This document shows, piece by piece, positions 43,361 through 59,300 of a stretch of DNA of 64,000 bases. The stretch is from positions 349,556,001-349,620,000 of the forward strand of contig OZ024742.1 in NCBI GenBank assembly GCA_964016885.1. The letters are read 5' to 3'. Under the pieces are notes generated by a model, which saw only the letters and a list, made by a program, of their open reading frames with translations, was not told the origin of the DNA and ran no database searches. This stretch comes from Eledone cirrhosa (Eukaryota). Each line of letters opens with the position of its first letter. Within the stretch, counting starts at the first letter, position 1. Both the position numbers and the translations under genes were made by a program.

Positions 43361-43720
43361 TTCCTCTATATCTCTTTCTCACTTCCTCTTTATCATTCTC
43401 TCTCTCATTGACTGGAAGAAATTAGTTGTGTTCAGACCTGTAAAGAGGAGAGGAGAGGTCCCACTAAGTTTAAAATACCCAAGATGCGCTCTATACCACT
43501 AGAGAGCCCTCTACAAATCAATGAGAAGTTACAGGTTTATACATACAATATTATGAATACATTGGAATGAATTTAACTCGTTCTCAATTAAGGCATCACT
43601 ATACAATTTCAAACGAATCTTCATCGATTACTTCCAATATCAATATTCGATTTTATCTGATACTGCTTCGGTCATTTACATCTTTTAATGAAAAGGATTT
43701 TACCACATTTGTTCAACATA

Positions 43721-43787
43721 ATCTATCTATACTATATCTACCTATATATCTATCTATATATCTATCTATATAATCTACCTATACTAC
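43721..43787. repeat. Imperfect (CTAT/CTATAT)n microsatellite
   Basis: ATCTATCTATACTATATCTACCTATATATCTATCTATATATCTATCTATATAATCTACCTATACTAC. Confidence 0.85.
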
Positions 43788-43942
43788 AAAGTACCACGAA
43801 TTAGAAAGACCTAACGCCAACCATAAATTCAAACCACCCCAAATAAGCCAATTCTTACATAAACCCAAACCCAAATATAAGTTCTATATCATCTATTGTG
43901 CGTCATTTTCATATTTTTGCATACACACGCTCACGTGTACAC

Positions 43943-43991
43943 ACGACGGGCTTCTGTATAGTTTCCGTCTATCAAATCCTATTCACAAGGC
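43943..43991 (-). mobile_element. SINE central-domain fragment (MetaSINE-like)
   Basis: The minus strand GCCTTGTGAATAGGATTTGATAGACGGAAACTATACAGAAGCCCGTCGT resembles the recalled SINE core GCCTTGTGAGTGGATTTGGTAGACGGAAACTGAAAGAAGCCCGTCGT and is followed by a TG-rich tract. The superfamily name is tentative. Confidence 0.55.
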
Positions 43992-44124
43992 ATAAGTAAA
44001 ACTCACTTTACAATGGAAAATACTATAAAATGGAATTAACTATAAAAACCTACAGTTGTGAAGGGAATTCCTAATGCCAATCACATTACAGCGAGTCCTG
44101 GGTATATTTTATCATGACTCTGAT

Positions 44125-44362
44125 ACTACCACCGTATAGGGTGGGCTGTGTGCTTTTCGTCGTGGCACCAGCACTACCACCTTATAGGGTGGGCTGTGTG
44201 CTTTTCGTCGTGGCACCAGCAATACCACCTTATAGGGTGGGCTGTGTGCTTTTCGTCGTGGCACCAGCACTACGCATTATAGAGTGGACTGGTGCTTTTC
44301 GTCATAGCACTAGTACTTATAGGGTGTGATGTGTGCCTTTTATCGTGGTAGCAGTAGTACTA
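44125..44362. repeat. 48-bp GC-rich minisatellite: 3 near-perfect and 2 degenerate copies
   Basis: ACTACCACCTTATAGGGTGGGCTGTGTGCTTTTCGTCGTGGCACCAGC occurs at 44125, 44173 and 44221. Diverged copies are at 44269 and ~44315. Confidence 0.95.
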
Positions 44363-44544
44363 GCTGATTACAATAATAGGGTGCTGGGTATGTCTGGGGA
44401 AACATTAACAATAGGGGGAATTGTGTAAAAAAGTGCTGCAGGTCTCGAAGAAGAATTACAAGAAAACGGTTAAATTAGCTGAGAATATCATTTCAACAGC
44501 TATCTAACTTACCAAACAAGAGAGACACTACCATCGAAACTAGG

Positions 44545-47500
44545 TGTTATATATATGTTATATATATATTATATATATGTTATATATATCTTATATATGT
44601 TATATATACGTTATATATATGTTATATATGTTATATATATCTTATATATATATTATATATATGTAATATATATGTTATATATGTTATATATATGTTATAT
44701 ATATGTTATATATGTTATATATATGTTATATATATGTTATATATACGTTATATATATGTTATATATATGTTATATATACGTTATATATATGTTAAATATA
44801 TGTTATATATATGTTATATGTATGTTATATATGTTATATATGTTATATATATGTTATATATATGTTATACATATGTTATATATATGGTATATATATGTTA
44901 TATATATGTTATATATATATGTTATATATATGTTATATATGTTGTGTATGTTATATATATGTTATATATATATTATACATATGTTATATATATGGTATAT
45001 ATATATGTTATATATATGTTATATATATGTTATATATATGTTATATATGTTATATATATGTTATATATATGTTATATAAGTTATATATATGTTATATATA
45101 TATGTTATATATAGGTTATACATATGTTATACATATGTTATATATATATTATATATATGTTATATATATTTTATATATATGTTATATATATGTTATATAT
45201 GTTATATATGTTATATATATGTTATATATATATTATATATGTTATATATATGTTATATATATGTTATATATATGTTATATATGTCATATATATGTTATAT
45301 ATGTTATATATATGTTATACATATTTTATATATATGTTATATATGTTATATATATGTTATATATATGTTATATATGTGTTATATATGTTATATATATGTT
45401 ATATATATGTTATATATACGTTATATATATAGTTATATATGTTATATATATGTCATATATATGTTATACATATGTTATATATATGTAACATATATGTTAT
45501 ATATATGTTATATATGTTATATATATGTCATATATGTTATATATATGTTAAATATATATGTTATATATGTTATATATATGTTATACATATGTTATATATA
45601 TGTTATATATGTTATATATATGTTATATATATGTTATATATATGTTATATATATATGCTATATGTATATGTTACATATATGTTATATATATGTTATATAT
45701 GTTATATATATGTTATATATTGTTATATATATGTTATATATATGTTTTATATGTGTTATATATATGTTATATATATGTTATATATGTTATATATATGTTA
45801 TATATATGTCATATATATGTTATATATATGTTATATATATGTTATATATATGTTATACAAATGTTATATATATGGTATATATATATGATATATATGTTAT
45901 ATATATATGTTATATATATGTTATATATATGTTGTGTATGCTATATATATGTTATATATATGTTATACATAAGTTATATGTATGGTATATATATATGTTA
46001 TATATATGTTATATATATGTTATATATATGTTATATATATGTTATATATAAGTTATATATATGTTATATATCTGTTATATATGTGTTATATATATGATAT
46101 ATATATATTATATATATGTTATACATATGTTATACATACGTTATACATATGTTATACATATACTATATATATTATATATATTTTATATATATGTTATATA
46201 TATTATATATATGATATATATATGTTATATATATGTTATACATATGTTATACATATGTTATACATATGTTATATATATGTTATATATATGTTATATATAT
46301 GTTATATATATATATGTTATATATATGTTATATATATGTTATACATATGTTATACATATGTGTAACATATGTTATATATATGTTATATATATGTTATATA
46401 TGTTATATATATATGTTATATATATGTTACATATAGGTTATATATATATATGTTATATATATGTTATATATATGTTATATATATGTTATATATATGATAT
46501 ATGTATGTTATATATGTTATATATGTTAAATATATGTTATATATATGTTATACATATGTTATATATATGGTATATATATGTTATATATATGTTATATATA
46601 TATCTTATATATATGTTATATATATGTTGTGTATGTTATATATATGTTATATATATGTTATACATATGTTACATATATGGTATATATATATGTATATATA
46701 TGTTATATATATGTTATATATATGTTATATATATGTTATATATACGTTATACATATGTTATATATATGTAAACTATATGTTATATATATGTTATATATGT
46801 TATATATATGTCATATATGTTATATATATATGTTATATATGTTATATATATGTTATACATATGTTATATATATGTTACATATATTTTATATATATGTTAT
46901 ATATGTTATATATATGTCATATATGTTATATATATGTTATATATGTTATATATATGTTATACATATGTTATATATATGTTACATATATTTTATATATATG
47001 TTATATATGTTATATATATGTCATATATGTTATATATATGTTATATATATATGTTATATATGTTATATATATGTTATATATATGTTATACATATGTTATA
47101 TATATGTTATATATGTTACATATTTCTTATATATATGTTATATATATGTTATATATGTTATATATATGATATATATATGTTATATATATGTTCTATATAT
47201 GTGCTATATGTATATGTTATATATATGTTATATATATGTTATATATATATGTTATATATGTTATATATGTTATATATATATGTTATATATGTTATATATT
47301 TGTTCTATATGTTATATATATGTTATATATATGTTATATATATGTTATATATATGTTATATATATGTTATATATATGTTATACATGTTATATATATGTTA
47401 TATATATGTTATATATATGTTATATATATTATATATATGCTATATATATGTTATACATATGTTATATATATGTTGTATATATGTTATATATATGTTATAC

Positions 47501-48532
47501 ATATGTTATATATATGTTATATATATGTTATATATATGTTATATATGTTATATATTTTATATATATGTTATATATATGTTATACATATGTTATCTATATG
47601 TTATATATATGTTATATATATGTTATATATATGTTATATATATGTTATATATATCTTATACATGTTATATATATGTTATATAATTTATATATATTATACA
47701 TATGTTATATATATATGTTATATATATATGTTATATATATGTCATATATATCTTATATATGTGTTATATATGTTATATATGTTATATATTTTATATATGT
47801 GTTATATATGTGTTATATATGTTATACATATGTTATATATATGTTATATATATGTTATATATGTTATATATGTTATATATATGTTATATATGTTATACAT
47901 ATGTTATCTATATGTTATATATATGTTATATATATGTTATAAGTATGTTATATATATGTTATATATGTTATATATATTATATACAGGTTATATATATGTT
48001 ATATATAAGTTATATATGTTATATATATGTTATATATATGCCATATATATGTTATATATATGTTATATATATGTTATATATATGTTATACATATGTTATA
48101 TATGGTATATATATGTTATACATATGTTATATATATGTTATATATATGTTATATATATGTTCTATATATGTTTTACATGTTATATAAATGTTATATATAT
48201 GTTATAAAATTTATATATATTATGCATATGTTATATACATGTTATATATGTTATATATATGTTATATATATGTTATATATATGTTATACACATGTTATAC
48301 TTATGTTATATATATGTTATATATATGTTATATATATGTTATATATATGTTATATATGTTATATATGTTATATATATGTTATATATATGTTATATATATA
48401 TTATATATATGTTATATATGTTATCTATATGTTATATATATGTTATATATAAGTTATATATGTTATATATAGGTTATATATATGTTATATATGTTATATA
48501 TGTTATATATAAGTTATATATATGTTATATAT
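44545..48532 (+). repeat. (AT)nGTT satellite with 9/11/13-bp units, GTT on the + strand
   Basis: The dominant unit is ATATATATGTT, with variants ATATATGTT and ATACATATGTT. About 90% AT. Confidence 0.98.
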
Positions 48533-51500
48533 ATATATAACATATGTATAACATATATAACATATATATAATATATATAACATATATAACATATCTATAA
48601 CATATATATAACATATATATAACATGTATAACACATATATAACACATATATAACATATATAACATATATAACATATATAACACGTATATAAGATATATAT
48701 AACATATATAACATATATATAACATATATATATAACATATGTTATAAATATGTATAACATATGTATAAAATATATATATCATATGTATAGCATATATATA
48801 TATATCATATATATAACATATGTATAACATATATATAACATATATATAACATATATATTTCATATATATAATATATATAACATATATATAACATATATAA
48901 CATATATATAACATATATATATATATATATATATTCATATATATAACATATGTATAACATATATATAACATATATATAACTTATATATAACATATATATA
49001 ACATATATATAACATATGTATAACATATATCTAACATATATAACATATATATAACCTATATATAACATATATAACTTATATATAACATATATATAACATA
49101 TAGATAACATATATAACATATATAATATATATATAACATATATATAACATGTATATAACATATATATAACATATATATAACTTATATATAACATATATAT
49201 AACATATATATAACATATATATATCATATATATAATATATATAACATATATTTAACATATATAACATATATATAACACATATATATATATATTCATACAT
49301 ATAACATATGTATAACATATATATAACATATATATAACTTAAATATAACATATATATAACATATATATAACATATGTATAACATATATATAACATATATA
49401 ACATATATATAACCTATATTTTTACATATATAACTTATATATAACATATATATAACATAGATAAAATATATAACATATATATAATATATATATAACATAT
49501 ATATAACATATATATAACATATATAACATATATATAACATATATATAACATATATGTAACATATATATAACATATATATAACATATATATAACATATGTA
49601 TAACATGTGTATAACGTATATATAACATATATATAACATATATCTAACATATATATAACATATATAACATGTATATAACATATGCATAATATATATAAAT
49701 TTTATAACATATATAACATATATATAACATGTAAAACATATATAGAACATATATATAACATATATAGGACATATATATAACATATGTATAACATATATAT
49801 ACCATATATAACATATGTATAACATATATATAACATATATATAATATATATATAACATATATATGGCATATATATAACATATGTATAACATATGTATAAC
49901 GTATGTATAACATATGTATAACATACACAACATATATATAACATATATATAACATATATATATATTATATATATAACATATATATACCATATATGTAACA
50001 TTTGTATAACATATATATAACATATATATAACATATATAACATATATAACATACATATAACATATATATAACATATAGATAACATATATATAACATATAT
50101 ATAACATATATATAACCTATATGTAATATATATTTAACATATATATAACATATATAACATATATATAACATATATATAACATATGTTATAAATATGTATA
50201 ACATATGTATAACATATATGTAACATATATATAACATATAAATATATCATATATATAACATATGTATAACATATATATAATATATATATAACTTATATAT
50301 AACATATAAATAGCATTATATATAACATATGTATAACATATATATAACATATATAACATATATATAACCAGTATATAACATATAACTTATATATAACATA
50401 TATATAACATATAGATAACATATATAACATATATATAATATATATATAACATATATATAACATATATATAACATATATAGAACATGTATATAACATATAT
50501 ATAACATATATGTAACATATATATAACATATGTATAACATATGTATAACATATATATAACATATATATATAACATATATATAACATATATAACATATATA
50601 TAATATATATAATATATGTATAACATATGTATAACGTATGTATAACATATGTATATCATATTTATAATATATATATATCATATATATAACACATATATAA
50701 CATATATATAACATATATATAACATATATAACATATATAACATATATAACATATATATAACATATATATAACATATATATAACATATATATAAGATATAT
50801 ATATACAATACATATAACATATGTATAACATATATATAACATATATATAGCATACACAACATATATAAACATATATATAACATATATATATAACATATAT
50901 ATCACATATATATACCATATATATAACATTTGTATAACATATATATAACATATATATAACATATATATAACATATATATAACATATATATAACATATATA
51001 TAACATATATATCACATATATATATATCATATATATAACATATGTATAACATATATATAACATATATATAACATATATATAACATATATATAAGATATAG
51101 ATAACATATATAACATATATATAATATATATATAACATATATATAACATATATATAACATATGTATAACATATGTATAAGATATATATAACATATATATA
51201 TAACATATATAACATACATGACATATATAATATATGTATAACATATGTACAACGTATGTATAACATATGTATAACATATATATAATATACATATATATCA
51301 TATATATAACACATATATAACAGATATATAACATCTACATAACATATATATAACATATATATAACATATATGACATATATGTAACATATATAATATATAT
51401 ATAACATATATGTAACATATATATAACATATGTATAACATATATATAACATATATATATAACATATATATCACATATATATACCATATATATAACATTTG

Positions 51501-54500
51501 TATAACATATATATAACATATATATAACATATATATAACATATATATAACCTATATGTAACATATATATAACATATATATAACATATATAACATATATAT
51601 AACACATATATAACATATGTTATAGATATGTATAACATATGTATAACATATATATAACATATATATAACATATATATATATCATATATATAACATATGTA
51701 TAACATATATATAACATATATATAACTTATATATAACATATATATAACATATATATAACATATGTATAACATGTATATAACATATATAACATATATATAA
51801 CCTATATATAACATATTTAACTTATATATAACATATATATAACATATAGATAACATATATAACATATATATAATATATATATAACATATATATAACATAT
51901 ATATAACATATGTAAAACATATGTATAACATATATATAACATATATATATAACGTATATAACATATATAAAATATATATGACATATATATAATATATGTA
52001 TAACATATGTATAACGTATGTATAACATATGTATAACATATATAATATATATATATATATCATATATATAACACATATATAATAGATATATAACATATAT
52101 ATAACATATATATAACATATATATAACATATATATAACATATATATAACATATATATAACATGTATATACCATATATAACATATGTATAACATATATATA
52201 ACATATATATAACATATATAACATATATATAACGTTTGTATAACATATATATAACATATATATAACATATATATAACATATATATAAGATATATATAACA
52301 TATGTATATACCATATATATAACATATGTATATACCATATATATAACATATATATAACATATGTATAACATGTGTATAACATATATATAACATATATATA
52401 ACATGTATAACATATACATATAGCATATATATATAACATATATATAACATATATATAACATATGTATAACATATATATAACATATATAACACACATATAA
52501 CATATATATAACATATATATAACATATATATAACATATATATAACATATGTATAACATATATAACATATATATAACATATATAACATATATAAAATATAT
52601 AACATATCTATAATATATATATAACATATATATAACATGTATAACACATATATAACACATATATAACATATATAACATATATAACATATATAACATATAT
52701 AACATATATAACACATATATAAGATATATATAACATATATAACATATATATAACATATATATAACATATGTTATAAATATGTATAACATATTTATAACAT
52801 ATATATATCATATGTATAGCATATATATGTCATATATATAACATATGTATAACATATATATAACATATATATAACATATATATTTCATATATATATTATA
52901 TATAACATATATATAACATGTATAACATATATATAACATATATATATATATATATTCATATATATAACATATGTATAACATATATATAACATATATATAA
53001 CTTATATATAACATATATATAACATATATATAACATATGTATAACATATATATAACATATATAACATATATATAACCTAAATATAACATATATAACTTAT
53101 ATATAACATATATATAACATATAGATAACATATATAACATATATATAATATATATATAACATATATATAACATATATATAACATATATATAACATATATA
53201 TAACTTATATATAACATATATATAACATATATATAACATATATATATCATATATAATATATATATAACATATATTTAACATATATAACATATATATAACA
53301 CATATATATATATTCATATATATAACATATGTATAACATATATATAACATATATATAACTTATATATAACATATATATAACATATGTATAACATATATAT
53401 AACATATATAACATATATATAACCTATATATAACATATATAACTTATATATAACATATATATAACATACAGATAACATATACAACATATATATAATATAT
53501 ATATAACATATATATAACATATATATAACATATATAACATATATATAACATATATATAACATATATATAACATATATAACATATATATAACACATATATA
53601 ACATATGTTATAGATATGTATAACATATGTATAACATATATATAACATATATATAACATATATATATATCATATATATAACATATGTATAACATATATAT
53701 AACATATATATAACTTATATATAACATATATATAACATATATATAACATATGTATAACATGTATATAACATATATAACATATATATAACCTATATATAAC
53801 ATATTTAACTTATATATAACATATATATAACATATAGATAACATATATAACATATATATAATATATATATAACATATATATAACATATATATAACATATG
53901 TATAACATATGTATAACATATATATAACATATATATATAACGTATATAACATATATAAAATATATATGACATATATATAATATATGTATAACATATGTAT
54001 AACGTATGTATAACATATGTATAACATATATAATATATATATATATATCATATATATAACACATATATAATAGATATATAACATATATATAACATATATA
54101 TAACATATATATAACATATATATAACATATATATAACATATATATAACATGTATATACCATATATAACATATGTATAACATATATATAACATATATATAA
54201 CATATATAACATATATATAACGTTTGTATAACATATATATAACATATATATAACATATATATAACATATATATAAGATATATATAAGATATATATAACAT
54301 ATGTATATACCATATATATAACATATGTATATACCATATATATAACATATACATAACATATGTATAACAAGTGTATAACATATATATAACATATATATAA
54401 CATGTATAACATATACATATAGCATATATATATAACATATATATAACATATATATAACATATGTATAACATATATATAACATATATAACACAGATATAAC

Positions 54501-56315
54501 ATATATATAACATATATATAACATATATATAACATATATATAACATATGTATAACATATATAACATATATATAACATATATAACATATATAAAATATATA
54601 ACATATCTATAATATATATATAACATATATATAACATGTATAACACATATATAACACATATATAACATATATAACATATATAACATATATAACATATATA
54701 ACACATATATAAGATATATATAACATATATAACATATATATAACATATATATAACATATGTTATAAATATGTATAACATATTTATAACATATATATATCA
54801 TATGTATAGCATATATATATCATATATATAACATATGTATAACATATATATAACATATATATAACATATATATTTCATATATATAATATATATAACATAT
54901 ATATAACATGTATAACATATATATAACATATATATATATATATATTCATATATATAACATATGTATAACATATATATAACATATATATAACATATATATA
55001 ACATATATATAACATATATATAACATATGTATAACATATATATAACATATATAACATATATATAACCTAAATATAACATATATAACTTATATATAACATA
55101 TATATAACATATAGATAACATATATAACATATATATAATATATATATAACATATATATAACATATATATAACATATATATAACATATATATAACTTATAT
55201 ATAACATATATATAACATATATATAACATATATATATCATATATAATATATATGTAACATATATTTAACATATATAACATATATATAACACATATATATA
55301 TATTCATATATATAACATATGTATAACATATATATAACATATATATATAAGTTATATAACATATATATAACATATGTATAACATATATATAACATATATA
55401 TATAAGTTATACAACATATATATAACATATGTATAACATATATATAACATATATAACATATATATAACCTATATATAACATATATAACTTATATATAACA
55501 TATATATAACATACAGATAACATATACAACATATATATAATATATATATAACATATATATAACATATATATAACATATATAACATATATATAACATATAT
55601 ATAACATATATATAACATATATATAACATATATATAACATATATATAACATAAGTATAACATGTGTATAACATATATATAACATATATATATAACATATA
55701 TATAACATATATATAACCTATATGTAATATATATTTAACATATATATAACATATATAACATATATATAACATATATATAACATATGTTATAAATATGTAT
55801 AACATATGTATAACATATATGTAACATATATATAACATATATATATATCATATATATAACATATGTATAACATATATATAACATATATATAACTTATATA
55901 TAACATATAAATAACATTATATATAACATATGTATAACATATATATAACATATATAAAAATATATATAACCAATATATAACATATATAACTTATATATAA
56001 CATATAGATAACATATATAACATATATATATAACTTATATATAACATATAAATATGTATAACATATATATAACATATATATAACTTATATATATCATATA
56101 TATAACATATATATAACATATGTATAACATATATATAACATATATAACATATATATAACCTAAATATAACATATATAACTTATATATAACATATATATAA
56201 CATATAGATAACATACATATAACATATATATAACATATCTACAACATATATATAACCTATATGTAATATATATTTAACATATATATAATATATATATAAC
56301 ATATATATAACATAT
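48533..56315 (-). repeat. Same (AT)nGTT satellite in inverted polarity (AACATATATAT on +), ~7.8 kb
   Basis: Polarity switches at the palindrome TGTTATATATATATATAACA (48523-48542) and switches back at TATAACATATATATGTTATA (56306-56325). The ORF track flips strand at about the same points. Confidence 0.98.
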
Positions 56316-59300
56316 ATATGTTATACATATGTTATATGTATGAATATATATATATGTGTTATATATATGTTATATATGTTAAATATATGTTATATATATT
56401 ATATATATGATATATATATGTTATACATATGTTATATATATGTTATATATAAGTTATATATATGTTATATATATGTTATATATATGTTATATACATGTTA
56501 TATATATATTATATATGTTATATATGTTATCTATATGTTATATATATGTTATATATAAGTTATATATGTTATATATAGGTTATATATATGTTATATATGT
56601 TAGATATATGTTATACATATGTTATATATATGTTATATATATGTTATATATAAGTTATATATATGTTATATATATGTTATACATATGTTATATATATGAA
56701 TATATATATATATATATATGTTATATATATGTTATATATGTTATATATATGTTATATATATTATATATATGAAATATATATGTTATATATATGTTATATA
56801 TATGTTATACATATGTTATATATATGATATATATATATATGCTATACATATGATATATATATGTTATACATATGTTATACATATTTATAACATATGTTAT
56901 ATATATATGTTATATATATGTTATATATGTTATATATATCTTATATATGTGTTATATATGTTATATATGTTATATATGTTATATATGTGTTATATATTTG
57001 TTATACATGTTATATATATGTTATATATGTGTTATAGATATGTTATATATGTTATATATGTTATATATATGTTATATATGTTATACATATGTTATATATA
57101 TGTTATATATATGTTATATATATGTTATATATATGTGATATATATGTTATATATGTTATATATATGTTATATATATATGCTATATGTATATGTTATACAT
57201 GTTATATATATGTTATATAATGTTATACACATGTTATACATATGTTATATATATGTTATATATATGTTATATATATGTTATATATATGTTATATATATGT
57301 TATACAAATGTTATATATATGTTATATATGTTATATATATGTTATATATATGTTGTGTATGTTGTATATATGTTATATATATGTTATATATATGTTATAC
57401 ATATGTTATATATTGTATATACATGTTACATATATGTTATATATATGTTATATATATGTTATATATATGTTATATATATGTTATATATATGTTATATATC
57501 TGTTATATATGTGTTATATATATGATATATATATATATTATATATATGTTATACATATGTTATACATACGTTATACATATGTTATACATATATTATATAT
57601 ATGTCATATATATTTTATATAATGTTATATATGTTATATATATATGTTATATATATGTTATACACATGTTATACATATGTTATATATATGTTATATATAT
57701 GTTATATATATATTATATATATGTTATATATGTTATATATAGGTTATATATATGTTATATATGTTATATACATGTTATACGTATGTTATATATATGTTAT
57801 ATATATGTTATATATAAGTTATATATATGTCATAGATATGTTATACATATGTTATGTATATGATATATATATATGTTATATATATGTTATACATATGTTA
57901 TACATATTTTATACATATTTATAACATATGTTATATATGTGTTATATATATGTTATATATGTTATATATATGTTATACATATGTTACATATAGGTTATAT
58001 ATATGTTATATATATGTTATATATATGTTATATATATGTTATATATATGTTATATATATGTTATACAAATGTTATATATATGGTATATATATGTGATACA
58101 TATGTTATATATATATGTTATATATATGTTATACATATGTTATATATCTGTTACATATATGTTATATATATATAATATATATTATATATATGTCATATAT
58201 GTTATATATATGATATATATATGTTATATATATGTTTTATATGTGTTATATATATGTTATATATATGTTATATATGTTATATAATTCATATATATTATAC
58301 ATATGTTATATATATGTTATATATATGTTATATATATGTTATATATGTTATATATATGTTATATATATGTTATATATATGTTATATATGTTATATATATG
58401 TTATATATGTGTTATATATATATTATATATATGTTATATATGTTATCTATATCTTATATATATGTTATATATAAGTTATATATGTTACATATAGGTTATA
58501 TATATGTTATATATATGTTATATATAGGTTATATATATGTTATATATGTTATATATATGTTATACATATGTTATATATATGTTATATATATGTTATATAT
58601 AAGTTATATATATGATATATATATGTTATACATATGTTATATATATGAATATATATATATATATATGTTATATATATGTTATATATGTTATATATATATG
58701 ATATATATTATATATATGAAATATATGTTATATATATGTTATATATATGTTATACATATGTTATATATATGATATATATATATATGTTATACATATGATA
58801 TATATATGTTATACATATGTTATACATATTTATAACATATGTTATATATATATGTTATATATATGTTATATATATGTCATATATATCGTATATATGTGTT
58901 ATATATGTTATATATGTTATATATGTTATATATGTGTTATATATGTGTTATACATGTTATATATATGTTATATATATGTTATAGATATGTTATATATATG
59001 TTATATATGTTATATATGTTATATATATGTTATACATATGTTATATATATGTTATATATATGTAATATATATATGCTATATGTATATGTTATACATGTTA
59101 TATATATGTTATATATATGTTATACAATTTATATATATTATACATATGTTATATATATGTTATATATATGTTATATATATGTTATATATATGTTATATAT
59201 ATGTTATATATATGTTATACACATGTTATATATATGTTATATATATGTTATATATATCGTATACATATGTTATATATATGGTATATACATATGTTATATA

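Noticed and set aside
43257-43437. Minus-strand candidate exon (CTCTCCTCTTTACAG acceptor, AAG|GTAAAG donor)
   Set aside because: The splice-like signals look good, but all three frames contain stops and half of it is antisense SINE. A non-coding exon cannot be excluded without RNA-seq.
43212-43773. ORFs of 96 aa (43212-43502) and 68 aa (43567-43773)
   Set aside because: They are short, run through a SINE relic, a CT-rich tract and a CTAT microsatellite, and show no recognisable domain.
43721-43810. Helitron 5' end (TCTATAC-type repeats followed by unique sequence)
   Set aside because: It cannot be distinguished from a plain CTAT microsatellite, and it is on the opposite strand to the candidate 3' ends at 62432 and 63789.
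44125-44314. Hammerhead ribozyme in the 48-bp repeat (minus-strand ACGACGAAA/ATGACGAAA) or at TTGACGAAAG (~62478)
   Set aside because: The required CUGANGA, stem II, GAAA arrangement is absent; the two core motifs would overlap.
44114-44329. 71-aa ORF with a 16-aa repeat (LPPYRVGCVLFVVAPA)
   Set aside because: It follows from the 48-bp period being a multiple of 3, and there is no other coding evidence.
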